Shown: one piece after another, positions 10,479-22,042 of the stretch
How positions within the stretch are numbered: position 1 is the stretch's first letter
Layout of the letters: each line of letters opens with the position of its first letter
NCBI GenBank assembly: GCA_038131935.1
Contig: JAYPQH010000001.1
Span: 35,545-99,544 of the forward strand
Direction of reading: 5' to 3'
Origin: Alphaproteobacteria bacterium
GTDB lineage: Bacteria; Pseudomonadota; Alphaproteobacteria; UBA8317
Length of the DNA stretch: 64,000 nucleotides
Program-made: the position numbers and the translations under genes
Notes under the pieces: model-generated
What the model was told of the DNA's origin: nothing
What the model saw: the letters and a program-made list of their open reading frames with translations, nothing else
Databases searched by the model: none

Positions 10479-10555
10479 TGGTGGGTCCAGGCAGACTCGA
10501 ACTGCCGACCTCTGCCATGTCAAGGCAGCACTCTAACCAACTGAGCTATGGACCC
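10479..10555 (-). tRNA. tRNA-Val(GAC)
   Basis: Cloverleaf, anticodon arm CTGCC-TTGACAT-GGCAG, encoded CCA. Confidence 0.95.
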
Positions 10556-10642
10556 GAAACGAACAACAAAAGGTTTCATTTGCATAAAGTGAGGCTTATA
10601 CATTGACTAGTAGAGGCATGCAACCATGTTTCATCCCATAAC

Positions 10643-11446
10643 ATGGCCATAACATGGGAGGCTATGATCGACGACTTTAATCTTATAATCGCCCTGCCAC
10701 ATTCAGGGCGTGATCTGTCTTTTGCCAAGCAATTGGGATGCACCAAATGGGATGAAACCATGCATCAAAGCTTTGCAGATCCCCATCTTGATTGTCTCAT
10801 ACCCTATTTTCAATCTCTTACTGAGCATATCATTTATCATGAAGTTGCCCGCTCATTGGTAGATACCAACCGTTGTCCAGCTGATATTCCCCCAAAATTA
10901 ATGGAAGGTCACTCAAAGACCTTATGCTCTTGCAAAGGAAATCTTCATCGCGAGCAAATTGGGCTTGGATTGTTACCAAAGCGTAATGCAAAGGGAGCTC
11001 TTCTACCAAGAACCATAGAACATGAAGCCGTTAAAGTTGCACAACATATTCATCACACCTACCATAACAAGTTAGCCACCAAGATCACACAATGCATATC
11101 CAAGCCTCGTATCATACTTGAATTGCATTCTATGCCAGACAAGGCAGCCCCCAATGTGGGGTTTTGTCTTGGAACACGACAAGGGCTGAGTTCAGATATA
11201 ACAATAACACAAGCTTTATGCAGAGGATTACAACAAAGTTATCCCAAAACGCCCATGAGTATCGATACGCCCTTTGCAGGTCTTTACAGCGCCGCGCAGC
11301 ATGGTAAACCTCGCGAAAAAACACATTTCATACAACTGGAAGTCAATAGAAAATTAATTGGCGTGAAGCCAGATGACATCAAGCAACATGGTACATTACT
11401 ATCTGATGCATTAGGCCGTATGGCTGAGCTTCTTGAAAATAGGTAA
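10643..11446 (+). CDS. Second, divergent N-formylglutamate amidohydrolase family protein
   Basis: PHSGR, RSLVDTNR, GLG, LHSMP, LGTRQG, PFAG, IQLEVNR. Confidence 0.8.
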   Translation: MAITWEAMIDDFNLIIALPHSGRDLSFAKQLGCTKWDETMHQSFADPHLDCLIPYFQSLTEHIIYHEVARSLVDTNRCPADIPPKLMEGHSKTLCSCKGNLHREQIGLGLLPKRNAKGALLPRTIEHEAVKVAQHIHHTYHNKLATKITQCISKPRIILELHSMPDKAAPNVGFCLGTRQGLSSDITITQALCRGLQQSYPKTPMSIDTPFAGLYSAAQHGKPREKTHFIQLEVNRKLIGVKPDDIKQHGTLLSDALGRMAELLENR

Positions 11447-11449
11447 AAT

Positions 11450-11530
11450 AAAAAAAAGGGCTCCAAGAGGAGCCCAAGTTAACAGGGAGGTAACGCCCCA
11501 AAGGGGCATCCGAAAGATAAAAACCTTTCG
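11450..11530 (-). ncRNA. MmgR/suhB (alpha-r8) family small RNA
   Basis: Minus strand: hairpin GCCCC-TTT-GGGGC, single-stranded TTACCTCCCTGTTAACTT core, terminator GGGCTCC-TCTT-GGAGCCC-T8; near an inositol-monophosphatase-family gene. Confidence 0.75.
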
Positions 11531-11536
11531 TTAAAC

Positions 11537-11566
11537 AGTATATATGCTGCATTGCACAATTTTCAA
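11537..11566 (-). promoter_or_regulatory. sigma70-like promoter of the sRNA with PhaR/AniA-type TGC-N3-GCA box in the spacer
   Basis: Minus strand TTGAAA-attgTGCAATGCAgcata-TATACT. Confidence 0.6.
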
Positions 11567-11567
11567 G

Positions 11568-12565
11568 TTATTTATTGAGATTTATGACAATTTTTCCTAA
11601 CGCAGATCTATTTTCAAGCATTTTAAGGCCTTCCAAGGCGCCCTCAAAGCCATCTAGAACCTCATAAAAGGGACGAATAAGTCCTCCGCGCACTTTTTCC
11701 AGCAATGTTGTAATTGTTTGTTGATACAATTCAGGTTGGTTATGTACATATCCACCCCAGTAAAACCCTATCACATCAATATTTTTCACGAGCAATAAGT
11801 TGGCGGGAAATTGTGGTGGTGGTCCACCTGCAAAACCAATCACCAAATATCGACCTTGAAAGGCAAGCAATGACAGATTTGTTCGTGCAGCCTCACCACC
11901 AATGGCATCATAGACAACATCTATAGGCCTACGCCCAAACCGCCCTTCGACTTCACTTCTAAACGTTTCATCTAGTAAGAAGACATGCTGATAACCTCGG
12001 CTTTCAAGAAGCTCTTTTCTCTGAGGTGAACTGGCTGAGAGAATGACCTCATGCCCTGCTGCCTGGGCCAATTCTGCTGCGGTTCTCCCACCCCAGAAGT
12101 TCCCCCATGAATAAGAACACGTTCACCAGCGCGCAATCTTGCACGCTGATACAGGCCTGCCTCAGACGTACCATACCCAACTGGAAGGCAGGAAGCTTGG
12201 AAGTCTGATACATCGTGGGGTATAGGAACAAGCTGTTCTTCTGGAAAATTGGCTAAGCTGCACAACCCACCATAATCCACAAGACCCACAACCCGCTGCA
12301 GATGACGGGGATGATCAGGCATATCGATCTTACCAGTTATTTCCAAACCGGGACTGAAGGCACCCTCAGGCTTAATTTGATAGGTGCCCTTACATAGCAA
12401 CAAATCGGCAAAATTTAGCGCACAGCTGGTTATCTGCACCCGCAATTCTCCCTCCTTAGGAGGGTCACAGGTCCATTGATCCAGTTGGAGATCCTTGAAA
12501 TCACCTGGTGTGGGCATTCGTAACCCTATAGCTTTGTTTTGACGTTCATGCGAAAATTGAACCAT
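11568..12565 (-). CDS. NADPH:quinone oxidoreductase (zeta-crystallin/MDR family), frameshift near 12090
   Basis: LNFADLL..GTYQ, PGLE, HGGTSGVG in one frame; IGFAGG...NLLLVKNIDVIGFYWG...GKIVI in the next. Confidence 0.85.
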
Positions 12566-12604
12566 ACAACTTCCCCTTCAAACCACTTCGCGGAGTTTTG
12601 AACC

Positions 12605-13390
12605 TTGTTACATATAGATCACAAAGATCATATGGCGGCTATGCAGTCATTAAATGACGCCCGCAATGTGATTACCAAGCGCTTTCGGAAAGAATTTACC
12701 ACCGATGATAAATCAACCGGAGGCGTTTTTGATCCCGTCACAGAAGTAGACAAACAAACAGAGGCAGCTATGCGCGCTGTTTTGCGTCAAACCACCCATG
12801 CCATTGTGGGCGAAGAATATCCTGATGAACAAGGCAGATCAGCACTTCATTGGTTGATTGACCCCATTGATGGCACGCGGGCATTTCTTACAGGCATGCC
12901 CACATTCATGACCCTACTCGGACTTATTGATGGCGAAACCCCCAAAATAGGATATGCTGACCAACCCATATTACGTGAGCGTTTCATGGGAAATAACCAT
13001 GAAGCCTTTTTGGTCCGAGATACAGAAACACAAGCCTTAAGAACAGCTGCCCACAAACCACTTGAGGATATACTCGTTGCGACAACGTCACCTGCAATAT
13101 TTGCAAGCAACCATGAACGTTATGCTCATGAACAATTAACAAAAAACGTGAAGCTCATGAGGTATGGGGGTGACTCCTATAATTATTGCATGCTCGCAAT
13201 GGGAATGATTGATGCCGTGGTAGAACCAGGACTGCAAACTTACGATATCCACCCACTCACCCCTATCGTCAAAGGCGCTGGGGGATCTGTTGTCAACTTC
13301 GAGGGTGGAAATGAATTTACAGGTCAAATTATTGCGGCTTCAAGCGAAGCCCTAGCGCAAGAAATTGTTAGACTTATAAGCCCTTCATGA
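12605..13390 (+). CDS. hisN: Histidinol-phosphate phosphatase, inositol monophosphatase family
   Basis: FDPVTEVD, GEE, WLIDPIDGTRAF, RYGGDSYNYCMLAMG. Confidence 0.85.
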   Translation: MLHIDHKDHMAAMQSLNDARNVITKRFRKEFTTDDKSTGGVFDPVTEVDKQTEAAMRAVLRQTTHAIVGEEYPDEQGRSALHWLIDPIDGTRAFLTGMPTFMTLLGLIDGETPKIGYADQPILRERFMGNNHEAFLVRDTETQALRTAAHKPLEDILVATTSPAIFASNHERYAHEQLTKNVKLMRYGGDSYNYCMLAMGMIDAVVEPGLQTYDIHPLTPIVKGAGGSVVNFEGGNEFTGQIIAASSEALAQEIVRLISPS

Positions 13391-13682
13391 GTTTTGCCAA
13401 TTTACCAACCAAATCCAAATCACCTCGGATGCTTATCCGCCCCATCATAACTGCGAATGTGGGACTTACAGTCCCTTCGCGAAGACCTTGTAATGTTTCA
13501 ATATCCATCGTCACTGTTGCATCCGGATCACCATCTTGTCGGCCCGGAAAGACCTCACAAGTTGAGGCGTCAATCAACAATTCACCCAACCCATGAACGC
13601 ATACGAGCACTGATCCTTCTTGCAGATCGCTGCCAACCAATTTGGCACGAATCTTTTCCGCAATTTCTGAAATATCAGCCAT
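13374..13682 (-). CDS. SCP2 sterol/lipid-binding domain protein
   Basis: PDATVTM...GTVSPTFAVMMGRISIRGD. Confidence 0.8.
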   Translation of the reverse strand: MADISEIAEKIRAKLVGSDLQEGSVLVCVHGLGELLIDASTCEVFPGRQDGDPDATVTMDIETLQGLREGTVSPTFAVMMGRISIRGDLDLVGKLAKLMKGL

Positions 13683-13683
13683 A

Positions 13684-14127
13684 TTATGTTGATGACCGTG
13701 ATGGCGCTATCACAAGGGCAGAGCCTTCTGTGACAACCTTGTCACCGACGCGACAGCGGCAGGTAAACGTTACCCGGTTTTTTTTCCTATCTATTGCAGA
13801 TACAACAACCTCAGCAGTAAGCTCATCATCTATATGAACAGGTGCACGAAAAACATTGTCAATTTTTAAAAGGATGGTGCCCTGTCCAGGCAACTGCGTT
13901 CCCAAAACCGTTGAGACAAAACTGGTCGAGAGCACCCCGTGCGCAATGCGACCTTTAAACATGGTTGCAGATGCGAACTCCTGATCCAAATGAACGGGGT
14001 TTGTATCACCTGACGCTTGTGCAAATGCGACAATGGTTTGCTCATCAACAATACGGGTATAGGTAGCGGTCTGACCTTCGGCCATATCCTCTATAAAAAT
14101 AGTTTGGGCAGCTGTCGTCATGTTCAA
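13684..14127 (-). CDS. MaoC family (R)-enoyl-CoA hydratase (PhaJ-like)
   Basis: FAQASGDTNPVHLD, RIAHG, LPGQG, FRAPV. Confidence 0.9.
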   Translation of the reverse strand: MNMTTAAQTIFIEDMAEGQTATYTRIVDEQTIVAFAQASGDTNPVHLDQEFASATMFKGRIAHGVLSTSFVSTVLGTQLPGQGTILLKIDNVFRAPVHIDDELTAEVVVSAIDRKKNRVTFTCRCRVGDKVVTEGSALVIAPSRSST

Positions 14128-14158
14128 AAACCTTCTGTTAAAGTCGAGCGTTTTACCC

Positions 14159-15007
14159 TTACCATGTAAGGTGTTCTAATGCGTAGCTTGCATGAACATG
14201 ATGTTCTGACAATGCCTCTTTAGCCAATGTCCACAAACGATCTTGGGCCACGTCTCCCACAAACAGACCTGAGAGAATATATAAACTGTCAAGCTTTTGC
14301 TCGTTCGCACCCATGATATCCGTTTGAGGTCCATCACCAATAACCAAAATTTTGTCATTTGGTCCTTCAAACCCCAACCTTGCCAATCGCGCATGCGCTT
14401 CTTCATAGGCAAAAGGAAATGGTTTACCCAAATAAACTGTTTTTCCACCACTATTTTCATACAGCTCAGCCACCGAACCAGCACAAGGTAAAAGTCTGTC
14501 GCCTACTTTCACATGACGGTCGGGGTTGGCACACAAGAGGGTAAGGTCTCGAGATTTGATTTGGGCCAACATCGACTTGTAATCTTCTGGAGATTCCGTG
14601 CGATCATCTACCAAACCGGTGACCACAACCACCTCAGCATCATCCACATTTGAACAGCGTTGGAGATCCACCAATCCAAAAACCAAAAGGTCGCGCTCTG
14701 GCCCCACATGAAAAACAGTTTTAAACCCGTGTTTACGGAGATATGAAGCTGTCAAATCTCCAGATGAAACAACGTCATCATAAGCAGAATTGGGCACACC
14801 CAGTTGTGTCATTTGGGTGCTAACCGCAGAAGACGGTCTTGGTGAATTTGTTAGCATGACAACACACCCACCTTGCGCCCGAAAATTTTCTAACGCTTGG
14901 GCCGCTTGCTGATGCGCGTGAACACCATTATGAACCACGCCCCAAACATCGCATATAATCGCTCGATAATTACTGGCGATATCCTGTAAACCTGAAATTT
15001 TAATCAT
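14159..15007 (-). CDS. HAD-IIA hydrolase (TIGR01459 type)
   Basis: CDVWGVVHNG, LTNSPR, CANPD, GKP, IGDGPQTDI. Confidence 0.9.
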   Translation of the reverse strand: MIKISGLQDIASNYRAIICDVWGVVHNGVHAHQQAAQALENFRAQGGCVVMLTNSPRPSSAVSTQMTQLGVPNSAYDDVVSSGDLTASYLRKHGFKTVFHVGPERDLLVFGLVDLQRCSNVDDAEVVVVTGLVDDRTESPEDYKSMLAQIKSRDLTLLCANPDRHVKVGDRLLPCAGSVAELYENSGGKTVYLGKPFPFAYEEAHARLARLGFEGPNDKILVIGDGPQTDIMGANEQKLDSLYILSGLFVGDVAQDRLWTLAKEALSEHHVHASYALEHLTW

Positions 15008-15034
15008 AAAAAATCCATTTTTTTTCGAAAACCC

Positions 15035-15066
15035 CTTGCAATTCGGGGGCACCTAACCCTACATCC
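15035..15066 (+). promoter_or_regulatory. RpoH (sigma32)-type promoter of groESL
   Basis: CTTGCAA...CCCTACAT matches the alphaproteobacterial CTTG / CC(T)A-AT pattern, just upstream of CIRCE. Confidence 0.6.
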
Positions 15067-15072
15067 ACGTCG

Positions 15073-15099
15073 TTGGCACTCAAACAGTGCGAGTGCTAA
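15073..15099 (+). promoter_or_regulatory. CIRCE element (HrcA operator)
   Basis: TTGGCACTC-N9-GAGTGCTAA. Confidence 0.95.
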
Positions 15100-15135
15100 C
15101 AATGTTTAACCAACTAATTTATGGAGTTTCGTGGC

Positions 15136-15423
15136 ATGGCTTTTCGTCCACTTCACGACCGCGTTCTCGTTCGCCGCATTGATAGCGACGAGAAGACCGC
15201 TGGCGGTATCATTATCCCAGACACAGCAAAAGAAAAACCCCAAGAAGGTGAAATCATCTCTGTAGGCGCAGGCGCTCGAGATGATTCCGGCAAAGTCGTC
15301 GCATTAGACGTTAAAGCTGGTGACCGGGTACTTTTCGGAAAGTGGTCTGGTACTGAAGTCAAAGTTGATGGTGAGGACCTCCTCATTATGAAAGAATCCG
15401 ATATTCTCGGCATCGTCGAGTAA
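15136..15423 (+). CDS. groES: Co-chaperonin GroES
   Basis: [12 protein letters not shown]...[16 protein letters not shown]. Confidence 0.98.
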   Translation: MAFRPLHDRVLVRRIDSDEKTAGGIIIPDTAKEKPQEGEIISVGAGARDDSGKVVALDVKAGDRVLFGKWSGTEVKVDGEDLLIMKESDILGIVE

Positions 15424-17100
<1,677 letters not shown>

Positions 17101-17127
17101 TAGGATCACATCATCATTAAACATACG

Positions 17128-17156
17128 AAAGGGGGCATATATTGCTCCCTTTTTTT
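17128..17156 (+). terminator. groEL terminator
   Basis: AAAGGGGGCA-TATAT-TGCTCCCTTT then T run. Confidence 0.85.
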
Positions 17157-17253
17157 GTGCAAAGCCAATAAAACAATGCAGATCAAAACCTGTAGCCGAT
17201 TGACCTAAACGGACCAACAGACGAGATATATTGGGAAATACATTTTGAGAAGA

Positions 17254-17330
17254 TGGTACCGTCGCCCTGAATTGAACAGGGGACCTCCAGTGCCACAAAC
17301 TGGCGCTCTAACCAACTGAGCTACGACGGC
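17254..17330 (-). tRNA. tRNA-His(GTG), no encoded G-1, A73 discriminator
   Basis: Anticodon arm CCAGT-TTGTGGC-ACTGG; ends GACGGT-A-CCA; base before G1 is T. Confidence 0.93.
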
Positions 17331-17369
17331 ATACCACTATCTTCACTTGGATTGTATCGTACCATATCA

Positions 17370-17444
<75 letters not shown>

Positions 17445-17600
17445 AAATTGGAACCATGTGATAACAACGTCAATCAAGCGTCCTGCTCAATAGCGGAAAC
17501 TACACCCATGGGTCAACCAAATCCCATTATAAATCGCAATGGACATTGCGTCGCTTTAAAAGCATGTGTATAACACCTGTTCTGTCGCTTTGAAGACAGC

Positions 17601-17676
<76 letters not shown>

Positions 17677-17839
17677 CTTTTTACCACCCACATGAGATTT
17701 TATTGCCACACTGAACATTCGGGCATCTTTGTTCAGGAGATGGCGACCTTTGCTGTGAAGCAGTCTTATAGTTGGCGCATGAAGGTGAGGGAATTCAAAG
17801 GGTGTAGTTTTAAGGTTCGCGAGCCGTTATCGCCACAAA

Positions 17840-18065
17840 CAACGTTCACACCGGCAGGATGAAAACCAAGGTGCTTTTTTTGGACAGGTACATTGATGCT
17901 TTGAACAACCCGGGGCGATTGAAGGCAATAAGGCCTGCTTCCTCAATAGGAAGCTCAAAGCATCCTTGCGGTAAGCGCTAACCAACATAACTGCCAGCTT
18001 GGAAATGCAGTCTCATTTTACCCGAAAATATTTAAAATATGTTTTCAAATAAGGCTTCTGGCCCA
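17840..18065 (-). pseudogene. Possible decayed GntR-family regulator
   Basis: One minus frame with two stops reads EALFENIF*IFSGKMRL...G*RLPQGCFELPIEEAGLIAFNRPG, resembling a GntR winged helix; weak. Confidence 0.25.
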
Positions 18066-18197
18066 AAATGTTCACCCCATAAAACCACCAACTTATGGCG
18101 CAATTTTGGGGTTATAAAATGAGGCTATATTGTGAATTGCTATTAAAACCAATCAAACATGTCATGAAATTCAAAGAGAACCGGCTACAAATTTTGC

Positions 18198-18226
18198 TTG
18201 ACGATTAAAATTTTCAATCCTCTAAT
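18198..18226 (+). promoter_or_regulatory. sigma70 promoter of ABC operon with inverted repeat in spacer
   Basis: TTGACG-N17-TCTAAT; imperfect palindrome GATTAAAATTTTCAATC at 18203-18219. Confidence 0.55.
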
Positions 18227-18326
18227 ACCAACAAGGACAACAAATATACATGCGTCCTAAATAAAATACGTTCTTAAAAAACGCATAAAAAACATAACAG
18301 AGCAAATTACAAACAAGGGGGAAACT

Positions 18327-19634
18327 ATGTCACGAAGAAGGACTTTGAAGGCTAAATTAAGTTTATTAGCTATTGCGTCCTGCACAGCTTTGGGGATTGC
18401 AGGTTCATCAGTAGCAGCTGACCCTATCCGTATTGGGGTTATATTTGATTACACTGGGCCACTCGCGGCTGGGGGATCAACAGCAGCAGGAATTGGTACA
18501 GAGATCGCTTTTGAAATGATCAATGAACGCGGTGGCGTGGAAGGTCGAAAACTCGAGCCTATCATCGCCGATGCCCAGTCAAAAGCTGACGTAGCGATCA
18601 GTGAAGCGACCCGCTTACTTGATCAAGAGAAGGTGGATTTTATGATGGGCTTCTATTCTTCCGGACAATGCGTACCGGTGGCCCAGAAAATTGACCAACA
18701 GAAAAAGTTCATGTGGGCCAATGTTTGTGTTTCATCAGCAGTTTTTAAAGACCGCAACTTAAAATATGTTTTCCGCGCGCAAGTACATTCTGATCAATCT
18801 GGAGCTGCGTCATGCTCATTTGTTGCAGAAAATTCAAAGAAACTTTTTGGCATGGATGCCAAAGATGTCAGAATTGCGATCCTTAATGAAGATGGACCTT
18901 ATGGATCAGGAACTGCGGCAGGGAATGAAGAGGCTTGCACCAAGGAAGGCATGAAAATTGTTCTGAAAGAAAGTTATGCCCGAACCGCTCCAGATCTGTC
19001 GTCAGTGGTGACCAAGATGCGGCGCGCCAAGCCTGATGTGATTCTACATACTGGTTACAACCCAGATATCACACTGTTTTTGCGCCAGGCCAAGGAGCAA
19101 GGCTTGAAGTGGAAGGCCCTTATCGGACATGGTGCTGGCTACGGTCAGATCGATAAATTGCGTGCAACTTTTGGAAGCGATGCAGAATATCTGTTGAATG
19201 TTGACCCGGTTGCAGCCCAATTGCTTGATCCTTCTAAACTGGCACCAGGCTTGGGTGATATCACAGCGGAAATGGTCAAGCGCTACAAGGCACGCACTGG
19301 GGTTACAGAAGTTCCGCCACATACCTCCATGGGCTTTAACCAATCTTGGATATTGTTTACCGACGTATTGCCTCGGGCCATCAAGAAATACGGCGGGGTG
19401 TCTGCTGAAGCTTTGCGCAAGGCTGCACTTGATACCGATATCCCTGCTGGAGGCACCATCCAAGGCTATGGCGTGAAGTTTTTTGGACCAGGCACCAAAA
19501 TGGCGGGCCAGAATGAGCGTTCAAGCCCTGTAGTTATGCAGTATACACCAGACGGTACCAAGATTGTGTGGCCAACAGTCATACAAACGGCTTCGCCCGC
19601 GCCTCTTCCTGCTGGTAATTCATATCGTCGCTAA
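18327..19634 (+). CDS. ABC transporter substrate-binding protein, LivJ/LivK-like
   Basis: Signal peptide, IRIGVIFDYTGPLA, INERGGVEGR; first gene of Liv-type operon. Confidence 0.9.
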   Translation: MSRRRTLKAKLSLLAIASCTALGIAGSSVAADPIRIGVIFDYTGPLAAGGSTAAGIGTEIAFEMINERGGVEGRKLEPIIADAQSKADVAISEATRLLDQEKVDFMMGFYSSGQCVPVAQKIDQQKKFMWANVCVSSAVFKDRNLKYVFRAQVHSDQSGAASCSFVAENSKKLFGMDAKDVRIAILNEDGPYGSGTAAGNEEACTKEGMKIVLKESYARTAPDLSSVVTKMRRAKPDVILHTGYNPDITLFLRQAKEQGLKWKALIGHGAGYGQIDKLRATFGSDAEYLLNVDPVAAQLLDPSKLAPGLGDITAEMVKRYKARTGVTEVPPHTSMGFNQSWILFTDVLPRAIKKYGGVSAEALRKAALDTDIPAGGTIQGYGVKFFGPGTKMAGQNERSSPVVMQYTPDGTKIVWPTVIQTASPAPLPAGNSYRR

Positions 19635-19672
19635 GATGAATAATTGGCATCAATTGTTCTGGAGCTCAGGTT

Positions 19673-20449
19673 ATGTCAAAATTACTTGAGGTCCAGAACC
19701 TCACAAAAAAATTTGGTGGCTTTACCGCTGTTGACCAGGTTTCTTTTTCCGTTGACCAAGGAGAGATCCTAGGTTTGATTGGCCCTAATGGATCTGGGAA
19801 GAGTACCACTTTTAACCTCATTGCAGGCAACTTAGCTCCATCCTCTGGCAGCATCATCTTTCAAGGGCAAGCCACCTCTGGCTTGCACCCATCACAAATT
19901 TGTCGTCTGGGTATTGCCAGGACTTTTCAAATTCCTAGACCATTTCGAAGGATGTCCATTTTTGAAAATGTTACGTTAGCTGCCTATTATGGAGCTTCTA
20001 CGCCCATTGACAAACGAGAGGCAGAAGGTCGTGCGCGTGATGCCCTAGATCTCGCACAATTACCTATTGAAGGGGCTAATACCATTGATGGCTTGGGGGC
20101 CGCAGGCTTGAAAAAACTTGAAGTTGCCAGGGCATTGGCGACGAATCCAGTGTTGCTATTGGCCGATGAGAGCCTCGGTGGGCTGGATGAAAATGAGATG
20201 AACCAGGCAGCCGACATGCTTCAAACCATCCGTAAAGAGCGTGGGATTACGATCATTTGGGTAGAACATATCATGGGTGTCTTAATGCGTGTGGTGGATC
20301 GCTGTATCGTGTTGGACCACGGAGAGGTTATCGCACAGGGTCTTCCTCAGGATGTCGCTCACTCTGAGCGGGTCGTCGAAGTTTATTTAGGTACAGATGC
20401 TCATGCTGTTCAACATCAGGTGGCAGGTCGTTCACAGGAGGCTCATTGA
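19673..20449 (+). CDS. ABC ATPase, LivG-like
   Basis: GPNGSGKST, IARTFQ, LLLADE. Confidence 0.92.
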   Translation: MSKLLEVQNLTKKFGGFTAVDQVSFSVDQGEILGLIGPNGSGKSTTFNLIAGNLAPSSGSIIFQGQATSGLHPSQICRLGIARTFQIPRPFRRMSIFENVTLAAYYGASTPIDKREAEGRARDALDLAQLPIEGANTIDGLGAAGLKKLEVARALATNPVLLLADESLGGLDENEMNQAADMLQTIRKERGITIIWVEHIMGVLMRVVDRCIVLDHGEVIAQGLPQDVAHSERVVEVYLGTDAHAVQHQVAGRSQEAH

Positions 20450-21153
20450 TGTTAGAACTAAACAATGTATCGGCGGGCTACGGGGCATTTCAGGCAATCT
20501 TTAACGTGAGCCTTAAAGTTCATGCCGGCGAAGCCGTGGCCGTCATTGGCCCCAATGGCGCAGGTAAGACTTCATTATTGCGGGTGATCTCCAAGATCAT
20601 CAATCAAACATCTGGACAGATCTTGATGGAAGGGGTCTCTCTTGAAACTATTGAAGCCCATCAGGTGATAGATTTAGGAATTGCGCATGTCCCAGAGCAT
20701 AGGCGGCTTTTTCCAGGTCTCACGGTAGAGGATAATCTCCGTATGGGAGCCTACATGAAAACAGCGCGTCCCCATTTTGAGGAACGTTTACATTATGTCT
20801 ATGAAATGTTTCCCCGCCTCAAAGAACGGCGCAAACAACTCGCTGGCACCATGTCAGGTGGCGAGCAGCAGATGTGCGCTATTGGACGAGGACTCATGTC
20901 CGGTCCCAAATTACTTCTGTTGGATGAACCATCAGCAGGACTTGCGCCTGTGATTGTCCAGCAGGTGTTGGATCTGGTGCAGAAAGTTCGGTCTGAGGGA
21001 TACACGGTATTGATCGTTGAACAAAACATTCAACAGGTTCTTAAATTCGTAGATCGCGCTTACTTGCTTGAGGTGGGACGGATACGTGCAGAGGGCACCG
21101 CACAAGAGTTGTTAAATAATGACGAAGTTCGGCAGGCATATGTTGGCATCTAG
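20446..21153 (+). CDS. ABC ATPase, LivF-like
   Basis: GPNGAGKT, MSGGEQQM, LLLDEPS. Confidence 0.93.
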   Translation: MMLELNNVSAGYGAFQAIFNVSLKVHAGEAVAVIGPNGAGKTSLLRVISKIINQTSGQILMEGVSLETIEAHQVIDLGIAHVPEHRRLFPGLTVEDNLRMGAYMKTARPHFEERLHYVYEMFPRLKERRKQLAGTMSGGEQQMCAIGRGLMSGPKLLLLDEPSAGLAPVIVQQVLDLVQKVRSEGYTVLIVEQNIQQVLKFVDRAYLLEVGRIRAEGTAQELLNNDEVRQAYVGI

Positions 21154-21164
21154 GGGGTTTTAAG

Positions 21165-22039
21165 ATGGAATTTTCATTAAGTGATCCCTTTCTTTGGGAA
21201 ACTGTGGTGCAGGGCTTACTATTTGGGGGTGTCCTTGCTCTCCTATCACTGGGACTAAACCTTATCTTTGGCGTTATCGACGTGGTGTGGATTTGCTATG
21301 CAGAATTGATGATGGTGGGGATGTACCTCATTTGGTGGTCCCATGTTGAAATGGGACTTCCTCTGCCCCTTGCCTTTTTACTCGGCATCCTGTCGGTTGC
21401 AGTCATGGGCGTGGTGCTACATGTTACGGTAATCAAGCCAATTTTACATGCAGAACCAATCAATCAGCTGCTTGTAACTGGGGGGGTACTGTTCTTTTTA
21501 CAAGGACTTGCAACACTGATTTTTTCAGTACAATTTCGCAACCTTGGCGTTTTATGGGCAGCCTAGAAGTTGGTGAAATGTTCCTACCATGGAACAGAAT
21601 CATCGCTTTTCTCGTTTCATTGGCTGCCATGGCAGGCCTTTATGTTTTCTTGCGAAAAACCTATCTTGGCATTGCCATAAGAGCTATTAGCCAAGATCGA
21701 ACTGTGATGCCACTTCTAGGCGTGAGTCCAGATCGTATTTATTTGATCACCTCAGCAATAGGTGGAGGCTTAGCAGGACTTGGCGCATGTCTTTTGGCCC
21801 TATTATACGACATCCATCCAGCAATTGGGCTGAGTTTTGGACCTCTTACCTTCATGATCTGCGTGATGGGTGGTCTGGGTAATATCATCGGTGGGTTTGT
21901 AGCAGCCTTTATATTCGCAGAATTTATTGCTTTGGGTGGTTATTACACAGAAGTTGAGTGGGGTTATGTTATCTCATTTGCATTTTTCATTGTTATGATC
22001 TTCCTGCGACCGCAGGGACTCTTTGCGAAGCGAGGGTAA
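21165..22039 (+). CDS. ABC permease, LivH-like; frameshift in T run near 21552
   Basis: LGLNLIFGV...TYLGIAIRA...VMGGLG...RPQGLF; adding one T to GGCGTTTTATGG joins both ORFs. Confidence 0.88.
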
Positions 22040-22042
22040 GAA

